Below, piece by piece: positions 26,391 through 38,296 of a stretch of DNA of 64,000 nt. The notes below the pieces were generated by a model. It saw nothing but the letters and a program-made list of their open reading frames with translations, was not told the origin of the DNA and did no database searches. Source of the DNA: Catajapyx aquilonaris (taxonomy: Eukaryota); NCBI GenBank assembly GCA_000934665.2, contig JYFJ02002233.1, forward strand, positions 1 through 64,000. The letters are read 5' to 3'. Both the position numbers and the translations under genes were made by a program. Every line of letters begins with the position of its first letter. Within the stretch, counting starts at the first letter, position 1.

Positions 26391-29300
26391 ACTGCACGTA
26401 GTACGGTATCGACTTTTTCCTCCTCTTCATATAACTAGGGAGCTGGGCCTAACTTTGCAAAACTGGTTTGTTCACCTGGAAAACATTCGGCTGTAATATT
26501 TTAGAATTTTCGACCCGTGTTTTCAAATCCCTGAGGCTACTAAGGAGCTTAATGTCGTGTTTACATTGCGAATTCACCGGAAGCTGACATGTAGGCTAAT
26601 AAAGGCTTCGGGCAGAATTTTAGGGGTGTATGGTTTAGATGAGGACAAAAAATCAGGCTTCAGGAAAATATTTTTTATTTCTATCCCACACAAACTTTTT
26701 TTCTTTCCAATCCTTTGGTGTGGGAGTATATGAAACACTTAATCAGATTATTGCCAAAATATTCAGATCGAATTACACTATCAATTAATCGGCCATTTGC
26801 AAACTGAATTTTTAAATGAGCAAATCGCGGCTTTTTGAGATTAGCAATAATTGAGTATCATCGAAAATTAGGTCAAAGCCTTCGGTTAATATTCAGTGTT
26901 TCAAATTTTCAAGCTCGGTCGCAAAATGCGCCGTAAATTCCACTTCCTCCACTATACAAACCTACATCACCCAAACGATCCAACCTTTTTTAAAAAAGAC
27001 CCTGGAGTCAGATAGCAACGAGCTTGCTTATCACACTCAGCTTATGCATATGGCTGAAGGTCTTCGTAAACCATTAATAAATGTCCGCTCTGAAAAATCC
27101 ATCCATTTCATGCTGGACTTGAAAAATGAACGTAGAAAATGACACGTACAGGTCAAGATAGTGGAGCAAGTGGCCTTAATGGGTTCCGAAGAGGAAGACC
27201 TCGGCAGTACCACTTTTTTTTCTCTAAGTCCCTGTGAAAGCTGGGGCCTGATGAAGATTGGGGAGAAAAGCGTGGAATTTGGGCGGGATGCCTCGGCCTG
27301 CGAACCACTAAATTGCTCGGGCGGCAAAAAGGACCCGCAGTTCCCAGACCCCCCCCTTATGTGTTATGGTTCCGGAGAGTGGGGGCACTTATTGACCCTT
27401 TAAGCTGCGGTCGCATCAACTCAACCAAACTAACCTCAAGTTACTTCCAACCGCCGCAAAAAAAAACTGCAATGACAGAGCAATTGATAAACATACACTG
27501 CGCAGTGAGTGCAAATTATGCGTTTCCAGTACCGAGTTTCTAATTAATGTGAAACAGAATTCTTAACTATCAATTTACCATGCGGTTTGATGATGCCATG
27601 GGACATAGAACAGGGTATGAAATTTCCACTGCGCACTTGATGACAAGCTTCATTATTCTCGAAAACAGTGCGTCTTATCGGTGGAACGCGGTGCCCATTT
27701 TTTATTTTGCGAAAATCCTATTGCGGTTTCATTTATTCGGGCTTAGGTATAGGGCAGGGTTGTGATGCGCACACATTGAAGAGCCCCGGATTGAAACCCG
27801 TTAGAGTGACAGGAGCTCCGATGTTTTTCGGTGCAAACTCAGCGCTTCATAATCGGGGCGCGCAACTGTAATCATTAAAGCTGGCTTGTGGTCTCAGCAC
27901 CCTGTGCAAATTAGCAGACTCTGTAGTTACTTCTTTGTAAATCTGTCTGGGTTATAATGCACTGAAGAAAAAAATTTTGTTTCAGAAAATTTGATGGTGG
28001 GCGCTTCACTTTGCCTCATTTGCAACCGACGCTTTTGGAAGGTCCCCCCCTGCGGACAGATTGAGCTAATCATGACTGGCATTATGATAGACACCGAAGC
28101 AGCATCGTGTCTGCACGTACCGCACTTCAAAGTTACAATTCGGGCATGTCGTGCCCTCCAGCCCATCAGACTTCCCTTGAACAACATTTGACCTCCTCTC
28201 GACAGTGCAAATCGACACAGCTTGGGAGCCAGGCGTGTCAAGCCCCCTACTGCAACCGACGCTTTTCAAACTATTGGGAACTATATAACAGTACAGTTCT
28301 CTCTCTCAGATGGAGCTATCTCTCTCTACACAATAAGTCTTGAGCCAATTTCTACCACTATACACACGGTCGGATTTCAAACCAGCATCCCAATATGTCC
28401 TTTGGCTCCAGCGTACATCTTATGTCTCCAGAATCAATATTGGGGGAAAGAGGGTATAGAAAAAGGATGGCAGGTTCTCTCGCAGAAATAAGCTCCTCTG
28501 GGCCTTCCCAAATAGTGTTGGGAAAAGGAGCTGCGAGACACATTATAGAAACTGCAAATTCGCAATTACTTTGAGAGCTACGTATTTTTAAGATTAGCTG
28601 CGAATTTTTTAAAAGTTAATTTAGCAAATGGTGATCGTTTGCATGATGTAAAATGCGGTCTGACGATTCGATATGTTGGCGTCGCAGGAAAATAGCAGTG
28701 TTCGCAATTGCGAAGTGGAGGAAAATTAATGTCGAGGAAAACTTTGCGGGTTTGTATCGGCAAATAAGTTTCCAAGGAGTTTGCCTCCTTTTCCTTTAGC
28801 TTCGTTTTGAAGCTTCCTTTTGTGCGCAGTTGTTTCTAGAGTGCGGAAAGGAAATACTGATGTTAGAAGTTACAGTAATTAAAGGGATTGGGGTTGAAGT
28901 TAATGGCGACGCTTCTTACGTAAGTACGGTTGTTACAACTTTGGTTGAAGAGGAAACTTTCCATTTTATTCCCCACAAGAAGTTTGGTTTAAGTAGGTTA
29001 CGTTCATATACCAGGAACTGTTGGGACTCGATTTTAATTTCCATTTATCTACCCCTAGCAGGGTTGCGTGTTATGTGTAATAACGACTCATTATGAACGC
29101 AACTCTGGCGTAAACAAAGTGAATTTGCGTTTATTGCGACGAAGCTGCCTTTCAATTTTATTCAGAATTATTCGAGGCCAAATTTCAAAGGCTACTTAAT
29201 AATTGATGATGTGCTCATGCGAGATGTCATTACTTGGCCGTGATTGCGTTATACAAGCAAGAACCCCCAAAATCTTAAAAAGAGGGTGGGGCTGGTGGTT

Positions 29301-31760
29301 CCCTCTATAGCAAGCAAATGCATTAAAAGTATCATCAGATCATTACGTGTGCCGTGAACACTTTGTTTTAAGTTGTAAACGAAGTTTTGCGCAGGTGCTT
29401 CAAAACGATAATAGGTTGAAGGCGCCCTAATTGCGCTACTTGATTGAGTTACGCTCCCAATTTTTAATTACTAACCTTACGTGACCCACGCCTGAAGCCG
29501 CATGTCTCGCCCCCACAAAAAATCAGCTAGCTTCAGGGTAAAAAGATCCGCCATTCTCTGGCTCATAACCCCCGCCCTGGGACCCATTATGACAATTTGC
29601 AATCACCTCTTTCCCACCGTAATTACCACCCAGTCATGTACGCTCCACTATTATGGTCGGTTCAAGCCAAATAATAATAAAGATTGTTTTTTTCACGCCG
29701 AATTTACGCTTTTTTTTGGTGTGGCAATGAAATTTCTGATTGTTCTAACGGCTTTGAATATGTTAGAGCCATCTCCGACTGTCCCCTTCAATGCACATCA
29801 TCATTATGCATGTGACCGCAATCATTCACTGACACCCGATTGAACCAGATTCTCATCCCTTGGCTGCACTAATCAATAACTTTGTGTGTTGGGTTGGGGT
29901 TGGAGAGGTATGGGTATGGAGGGGGGAGGCTCTATATACTACCCTATATGTAATATCCCTCTGGAAATATTCCGGGTGCCAAAGGTGACGCTTATGTTGT
30001 ACCAACCCCTCACTTTCAAGTTGTACGCTAAATCTGTCATGAAACATCACTCGTGGGGAAACATTGCGGCTCGTTTCACACCCGCAGGGAGCACACCCCC
30101 CATTTTTTTTTCTAACTAACCTTCCAGCATCATGGGCCCCCTCCATATGATGAGTCTGTTCCACCGTTCCTAAACAACAACATGCAGTGTACCGTGAAAA
30201 CGGGCTCTTCCTCACCTGCCAAACTCACCTCGTAACGCAGAATTGTACCGCCATTTCATTCCGCCTCGACTAATTTGCACTCATTCCGGCTCGTAATGTT
30301 CGCCAAGGTTGGGGAAGGTCCATTCAGGAAAGCAATATGCCGCAAATTCGTATCATTCTGGACAGAAACGACTCTGAAAAAATATATACGGTTTGCTGCA
30401 ACATCCAGGCCGTTGCCTCCGACATTTTTTTCTGATTTAAGGGTCAGTGTGTTTTGCGCTTTTTTTATAAAAAAAATAATTCTATTCAGTATATAGAAGA
30501 TCCGTCGCATGCAGGTTTCGCGATATTAAATCACATGCAACATGGAAAGGTAGCCCCCGGGTGCTTTTGTTAGGCTGAAGTGGAATATGGTTGGATTGTA
30601 TAAATAAGATATAATCTTGTGGACATGTCCAGCTGTTGTTAGAGGGGCCCCTGCTTTTTCAGACAGCTCATACACAGTGTATACATTATGCCAGGAAACA
30701 TTCCGGTCACCCAGGCACGTACTGCACGTATAAATACGGGTGATGCCCTGCAGAAAAGCTGTGTCATTGTGAACAATGCTCTTACAAACCATGGGAACAA
30801 TGCAGGCGAAATGGCCGGTGTAGTTTAGTAAATTAAGTATTGAAATAGCACCGTGTGTATAGTACACACAATTCTTACTATACAGTACCGTCAAAAGTAG
30901 CTCAGTTCAGTACAGTGTACTAATATTGTGCTTCACATGGGTTTATCTAGAATAATGTGCAAATAATATGAAAACAGTGGCGGTAATGCGTTGCATCGTT
31001 AGAGTTAATTGTAGTTTCAATAGGCCGTAGAATATAATTATTGGTAGAACTATTACGCCGCACAGTTTCAACACAATAACAAGCTTTGATGTTATTCTCT
31101 TATTTGTGCAGAGCAGGCTGAAACAACAGTGACGGAAGCAGGCAACACTTTCATTAATGCAGTGGAAGCAAACAGTGCAATAATTGATGTATGTAACGAG
31201 CCTATTCTTAGCCACCTAATAACTTCAGATATGAAGCAAACAATTACTTCGAGACAGCTGTATATGGCCTTTTAAATTAAGACAAAATCTCATAATTACT
31301 TCATAGCGAATATAATAACAGTCGATTTTCTCCTTAATTTTCGTTTCATACAAAATCCAATCTTATCTCACAACAGCAGTAAAAGCAGTGCACCTCTAAT
31401 CATGCCTGTACGTGCCAGCAACCGGCCGGGTATACATTTCACACACAAAAAAAGTTATTGGATATCGGTTATGCAAGTAATCGCTATAAACATGCGAATC
31501 CCTAATTCCCCAAGGGGAGAGCACTGCGCACAAATGACAGCACATCCCCCAACTAATCGACGAAATGAAAGCTTATCGCAACTGAAAATCGGACGCACGA
31601 ACATCTATGTATAAATCGCGATATATATACACATGCCCACACACACACAAAAAAAAAAGCAGTGCATGATACAATCAACAATATTGGCAAGTGATCGACT
31701 TCTCCTCCCAGGAAAGCCTAACAATTGAGCGTGTAATAAAAACCTCGATTGTTCGCCCAC

Positions 31761-31786
31761 CGAAAATAAACCGCGGTTTATTTTCG
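31761..31786. repeat. Perfect 26-bp palindrome
   Basis: CGAAAATAAACCGCGGTTTATTTTCG equals its own reverse complement. Confidence 0.95.
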
Positions 31787-33809
31787 CAAGGTTAAGACAC
31801 TACTCGGCTGGCGGAAAAAAAGAAACCGCGAAATAATAAACAGATGTCAAGCAAGAATTTTTTCGCTGATGGAATTATCGTTTGTTATATATAATTTTAC
31901 TAGCTCTATCAATATATATTTTTTTTCTCCAAATGAGTCTGGGTGTGGATCGATGGATAACTGGCGGATTTAGCTTTGCTGGGAAAGGGGCCCCTGAGCA
32001 CCCTTAATGCTTCCAAATCCCGGCCTGAAGATTAGTCCGCATCAATGGCGAGCCTCGGAAAACGCCTGGGTGCCATCAAGTGTAGGGAACAGGTGCTGAC
32101 AATGTCCTCCCAAAAAACATTAAAACCGTCACATTTAATATCGCAAAAAAATTGGAAACTTCTTGCAAAAAACCGGAGCTCGAAATAATTTCCATATCTG
32201 AATTTCTTATCGTGGTTTTTGGCATTATTTTAGTGGCCCGTTATTACTGTGAGGCCAATATTTTCTGCGCTGGAAGCTTGCCAAATGAATTCTAAATTAA
32301 GGCAATCTTCTTCAGAATTACATAATTTGCAAAGTGCGGTACCGACACCTCTTTTTTTACTGTTTCTTATATGCTAATGTAAACAGTTACAAAAATACAT
32401 TTTTTGGCATGAACTACACAATACGGCTCACGGGCACAAATACGTTTGACCTCGTGCGAACTGCGGTGTCTGCGTGCACAGCTGTATCACGGAACCGGCC
32501 ATTTTTTTTCTCTCCATTTTTTTTTGTGCAATCTTGCAGTACGGGGCACATAGCGAAACCTTCCTTTTGTATGTTAGGAAACCCCTAGCAAGGTCATACG
32601 ACAAGGTCGGTTTAAATACCGCTTCAAATAGCTCCGCTTTTTTTGTGTGTATGTCTGCATGCGGTTAGTCTCGTCTTTCCTTAAGGTTCACTTAGAATCA
32701 TTAATTACGTACGAGCTAGCTCATCATCATGCATGAATTTTAATGGAGGCTATATTTTGCACTAGGAATATCCTCATCTGGGCAGGCCACAAAATTCGCT
32801 GGAAAAAAACCGGTTTTTGCGCTAGATTCTCTCGGAAGCCAAATTTAGTTACATCTTAACCTTATTTCCGGAGTAACGACATTACAAGGCGCACAGACTT
32901 CTGATGCGATCGAGTGTTTTTTTCGAGCCTTTGGACGGATTATTATTTTTATTTCTTATATATTTTTGTCCAGTCGCATAATATAATGATGCGGCACGAA
33001 ATTATCTTTATTGCTTGCAATACGTTCTGAGTAATAAATTGCCGGCTATTACTTTTCAACGTGGGGAAGCTTTTGTGTCGCAACTGTTACGACCTGTTCG
33101 AAGGACGTGTTTTTAGCATTTATTATTTTTTTTAAGCCTTTCGCAGTGGGTAAGTCTTGCCAACCTTGAGTCGGTACCGACAAGTGCATCATACTTTACA
33201 TATCTACACGAACCGGAACTCACGAATTAGTCGAGTCACGCCTTATTATGAAATTAAAAGCCTGGATGAACATTCTTAACGGACAGCTGTATACGTCAGC
33301 TCAAATATTTGCGGAATTATCGCTACAAGGTGGACCGCATATTTATTCTGATCGGAATGCATAAAATTAGCTGGGATTAATTGCTCTAAAAGATTTGTTG
33401 TATAGTGGCACACTCATAATAATTCAGTATGACATTATGTCCTGTGGATATAAATTTTGTCCGGTACACCTACCGCACATGTGTACAACAACTCGGGAGG
33501 TCAATCGCTTTGCGAAAATTTTGATTGGCGCGAAAAATTCAACAAGGTCTGCAACTTTACATTTTTTTTGTGTGCTATACTACACCTGGCTGACAAACCG
33601 GTTGTCAAATCCCTAACATTGAGCATTCAATTTAAATTTCACGCATATTTCTGCAGAACACGCACTGGTATGAATTATTTCCTCAATACGCATATTGAGG
33701 GGGGGGGGGCGTACTTACAGGCCTAAATTAAAGTAAGTCAATTGCGATTTTGATCCAACCGGCGACCTTCACTCTCTAGCAACCGCAACCACAACACAAT
33801 GCTACTCAC

Positions 33810-33930
33810 CTGTCGAAGGTATCCGGTTTTACGACCAAAATTACACCGTTTTTTTTTTCTTACAGGATGGGTTGGGTAGGAGGTAATCAAGTCTGAGGGC
33901 AGATGGACCACAGGTCGCGCACCGGAATGA
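33810..33930 (-). other. Candidate non-coding first exon ending at a consensus splice donor
   Basis: Minus-strand CAG|GTGAGT (exon end 33810). Inr-like TCATTC at 33925-33930. Pyrimidine-, CpG- and C-rich sequence lies upstream (33930-34220). Confidence 0.3.
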
Positions 33931-34844
33931 GTCCTGGAGAAAGCGCGGGAGCGAGTGAGAGAGACGACGGGCAGAGGTCTGGTTGGATGGGAAAGAAAGG
34001 AAAAGGCGCACGCGGACTATGAAGCGCTGTGGCCTACTGCACATTTCAGGCCTAGGGGGAGGCATCGCGTCGGTGGGTGGTTGGAGGGGTGCACAAGGTG
34101 GGGGGGGGGGGGNGGGGGTACACTCTGGGGGAGAGCCATCCTCCCACTCTCAAAACCCCCTCAACCCACACACACTCTCACGCACACACATACTGTACAG
34201 ACACACACCAGTGCGCATATGATTCATTACAATGTGGAAAACATCAATCAAAATAATATATACATACGAAATAGCAGTAAGATAATCGCAGCTTCTTTTT
34301 TCGAATAGCAGCTCTTTTTTATGAGCGCTAGTAAATGTGCTGACTGTTTGTGATGGGTTGGGATTTTGATATGAGCGATTTATGGGGGCGATGAGAGCGG
34401 TTATTGTTTTGTCGCAGGTGCTGGATAGTGTCTCATTTTTTTCTATATATTTACAGGATGCTGTTGGGAATTAAGCTGCCCGGATGCTAGGATGCTTCTT
34501 TTTTTAACTGGCAGTTAAAGTGCTGGCTGAACTCTTTAAGTTAGGTTTTATGAATGGAGATTAGAGAGAATGTCAGGGTTATGGATATCCACAAATATCA
34601 GATTTCCTCTCTTCCCGAGCAGATAATAATTGCCATAGCTCAACCATTGTTGACAACAATCAAAAGTAATGATTTTTTCGAAATGAAACTCAGATTTTGA
34701 TAATATAACCTGCTCGGTGAAACCCGGTCGAAATCGCGCTTTTGTAAAATGGTATTTCAATTTCATTAGTTGCAGTCCTTGCTCTCTTGGGCCGTTCAGC
34801 AAAAAAAATGAAAAGGAAGCCCTCAACATGTGAAGTTATGGGAC

Positions 34845-34900
34845 CGGTCTGTTTATATGAAAAACCTTTTGACTTAAAAGGTTTTCATATAAACAGACTG
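34845..34900. repeat. Near-perfect 23-bp inverted repeat (hairpin/cruciform)
   Basis: GTCTGTTTATATGAAAAACCTTTT (34847-34870), loop GACTT, then AAAAGGTTTTCATATAAACAGAC (34876-34898). There is a single bulged A. Confidence 0.9.
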
Positions 34901-35600
34901 AGTTTTGCGCAAAATTAGCAATTAATTTCAGAAGTGCGGATAATTGTTACAAATTCTGAATAAATTCAACATAACTCTTTGATCATGGGAGCGGGCCGTT
35001 TTCATACTGTTCATGTTATGGCTGTACAAGGGGGGGGGGGGAAGGTGATATTATGGGTAAAGTGGCACTTCACGCATTCGATTATGCCGTTGAGAATTAT
35101 GAAATATTTTCATTTATTAAAGTTTACGTTCCACAAATTTTGAAAGCGATATTACATGGATGAAGAATTTGACCTAGAGTAATAACAATACCAGTTGTAT
35201 ATTTCTACTCCCAGCATTGCGTAAATTATAATGCCAGGAGCACTGAGCTCTGATTGTTGCTTCCAATTTAAATTGTAATTTTTCTGTAAATTGTACTTGG
35301 AAAGTGCCCTACCTTGCCTATAGAGGCCTCTAAATTTGTGCAAATTGTACACTTCAGTGCGTGTTATCACCTTGGAAGGAACTTGTGCGATATGCAGAAC
35401 TGCTTTATACGTGAAACTCGCCCAGAGGCTTCCGTTTTGAGGAGTGTCAAGGTCTTTCGTAAAATAAAAAAAAAGGTTTGGCGTACTATAGACTTTCCGC
35501 GATGTGAAACAACCTTACGGACGTCCCATGTGTCGTCAATATTTTAACCCAGACTATGGGACGCACATCGTGCTGGAAATAGACTATGAGAGGTCCGATG

Positions 35601-35632
35601 AAGGGTGGCGACTTTGGGAAGTCGCCACCTTT
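35601..35632. repeat. GC-rich 14-bp stem-loop with tetraloop
   Basis: AAGGGTGGCGACTT-TGGG-AAGTCGCCACCTTT, with 13 Watson-Crick pairs and one G.T pair. Confidence 0.9.
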
Positions 35633-38230
35633 TACATGTGCTTGCATGCTTGATAATTAGTTGCTCAGAATTATTACTCTCTAAACTATTCTAACCATAA
35701 TCACATTTCTGATTGGATTGCTTTTACAATGCATTTCAAGCAACATACTGATGAACTGCTCTACGATAACGCATACAACGTAGCGTGCTTCGTATCATTA
35801 ACAATTCCTTTGGCAAGTTAATTAATTATTAACAGATGACACAAGTGTGCGCGCGCACCTGTGTTAGTGTCTTGCGCAAGGATGGTATTAATTGCCCGGA
35901 TGCACAGGTAGCGTTGTGATGCAACTTGAATCCTCTTATAATTATTACATCTCTCTGGAGCTTGCACAAAAGGAGGCACGTTTATTTCATTTATAAGTGC
36001 TCTACTCAATAAAACATTTAAGTACATGCAAACTCTCGACATCATAAAGAATATTTTAAGGGTCCTGCTTTGGTTGCGTCTGGAATCACGGAAGATAAAA
36101 AAAGGCGATAGAAAAGCCCTTCACAACATGCGAATTATTATTTAATGCAAGGGATTCGATGGACTTGCATAGGTGAATACAAATGCAAAGCCTTCTTATA
36201 AGGTGCAGGTGACTCATACAACTGCAATTTCAAAGAGCATATTATTCAGCAAGTATAAGCTACTTTGGCTTTCTATATAAACTGCATATAGCTCTTATTG
36301 CGTTTCCAGACCATGTCTCAAGGCACATTTTCGCAAGCAGGAGGTCCCCGCAACAATACATCATGCAGTTAATACGCCACTTCCGTGCAGGATCCTCATT
36401 ACTGTCGGTGGAAGATTCATATAGTGAGGTAAGAAAGTCTCATTATCTCTGGTATAGGACTAGCTGGCAAGGTTTTAAGTAAAGCCCTGAGGCGGCTTTC
36501 ATTCTTACTCGGGCCTATCCGACCTGTACGGAGAATAGACATTAATCCGGGAGTGGAAAATGGGCCAGGCAAATCCCTCGTTCTGCATCGGAGAATTCAA
36601 CGTTTTCTTTTTTTTAAAAAAAAAAGAGGCGATTGTTTAAGTTGCGAGTTCGATAATTCCTGGAAAATGAAACCAAAAAAAAAAAGTATCCATTCTGAAA
36701 CGGTTCGCAAAAAAAATAATCCGCACAGCTGCTGCATAATTAGGCCAAAAGTATTTTCCACATAAAATCCGCACCATCCTGTATCACCTCCTGATTTACT
36801 GGTACGCGTTTTTCACGACCGTAATTAAGGTCTTCCCAGCAGTCCCAACTTCCTACTCTTTGAAATATGAGTTCGATTATTCATTTTTTTTTATATAGCG
36901 GGACATCCCCCCGTTACATATAGTGAAAAACTGCTAAAATCTGTATTTGGCAGGGGGATGCCTAATTACCGCTTAATGTTAATGTTTCTGTCTGCCTTGT
37001 GAAATATTTTGCGAGGAAAACATGAGTTATTGCTCCAGATTCAGCCTAGTTTTATGCAATATATTTTGTCACCTATTTTTTTCTCTCCTGCACACACACA
37101 TATTTGGAGCAGCCGGAAGCTCAAAAGCTAATATTTTAGCTCTTTGTGCCTGCAGCAGCAGGCGAATCAAGAAAGAGGTCTTGGCTCGCCTGCTACTTCT
37201 CTGAAAAATCCAAAGCAAACAAGTTGACTTATGAAGATTTGCTGCTTTTCTGAGAAAGGTCCACAGACAACAAGGGGCGTCTCGACGTCGCTTCTCCTTC
37301 CTCCCTCCCTCCCCGACCATTCCGTCGTATATGGAGATTTTGTGTGTGCCTAGTTCCATTTGGCCTTGCAGTACCCGGTACGCTTCAGGCAGTCGATATT
37401 ATTCATGAAATCCGCCTACAAACCCGTTCGCTCGAAATATGCAACGCACTGACAGAGTTTATCTTCGGAAGAAGAAAAAAATGTACAAAGTGAATCTTAA
37501 CTAGGTGAACATTTGCTTCCTGTTTTACATACAGCGTATGTACTTAAATTCGCAAATTTCCTTGCGTGACCTGCAGATGGGCCAACTAACAGACCCAAAA
37601 AAAATTAGTGGGCGAGGTTCCCATGCATCCCTAACCCAAAATGGGTGCATCATTTTGCGTCCACACGATGCCAAAACCTATTTCGATCCAGGCTAACAAT
37701 TTACCTGATGAAACTAGTAATGAGCCCCTTGTCCAAATGGACAGTGCGGGTTTGTCCGCGTGTTGCTCGCAATAACACCAGTCACCTGTCAGGCTCATTT
37801 TTGTCATTGCACGTCATTGAGATTACAGGGCTGCATGTGTGTGTAGGGACAGGCACGGATTGCGGAGTAAGCTGACTTTGATATTGGTTGGAGCTGATAG
37901 ATGGGGGAAAAAAAACTATTTTTTTAAAACGCCAAAACACCAATAGCCCCATGCCCTTTCGTCCTACACTAATCCTCCTACACTACACTTCAGGTTAAGA
38001 GCACTCTCGCTTACAGAGCGTAGGTGTGTGCTACAAAGTTCTGGTCGTTTCATCTTACGCCCAGTTGCAACCCATTGATATAAGTCAACATCATATGTTG
38101 TAATGGATGCAATTACGACCATTAAACAGAATCAGGTTATTGCTCCCACGTAACGAAATGAACAAACTGTGTGTGTGTTGCTCTGTAACAAATTGCAAGC
38201 CTCAATCTATATAGTGTTTGCTATTATTGA

Positions 38231-38296
38231 GCCATTAGGCTAGTTAGCCATTAGTTAGGTTAGTTGCCCATGAGTTTAGTTTTCCATTAGTTACGT
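38231..38296 (+). repeat. Degenerate minisatellite with CCATTAG...TAGTT units
   Basis: Four imperfect units: CCATTAGGCTAGTTAG / CCATTAGTTAGGTTAGTTG / CCCATGAGTTTAGTTTT / CCATTAGTTACG. Confidence 0.7.

Noticed and set aside
33395..33616. CGYKFCPVHLPHMC resembling an AN1 zinc finger
   Set aside because: His-His spacing is too short and the N-terminal cysteines are missing; likely chance.
35601..35633. Rho-independent terminator interpretation of the hairpin plus T run
   Set aside because: The context is eukaryotic, no upstream gene exists, and the U tract is short.
38245..38266. TTAGG telomere-like repeat
   Set aside because: Only isolated units inside a degenerate minisatellite.
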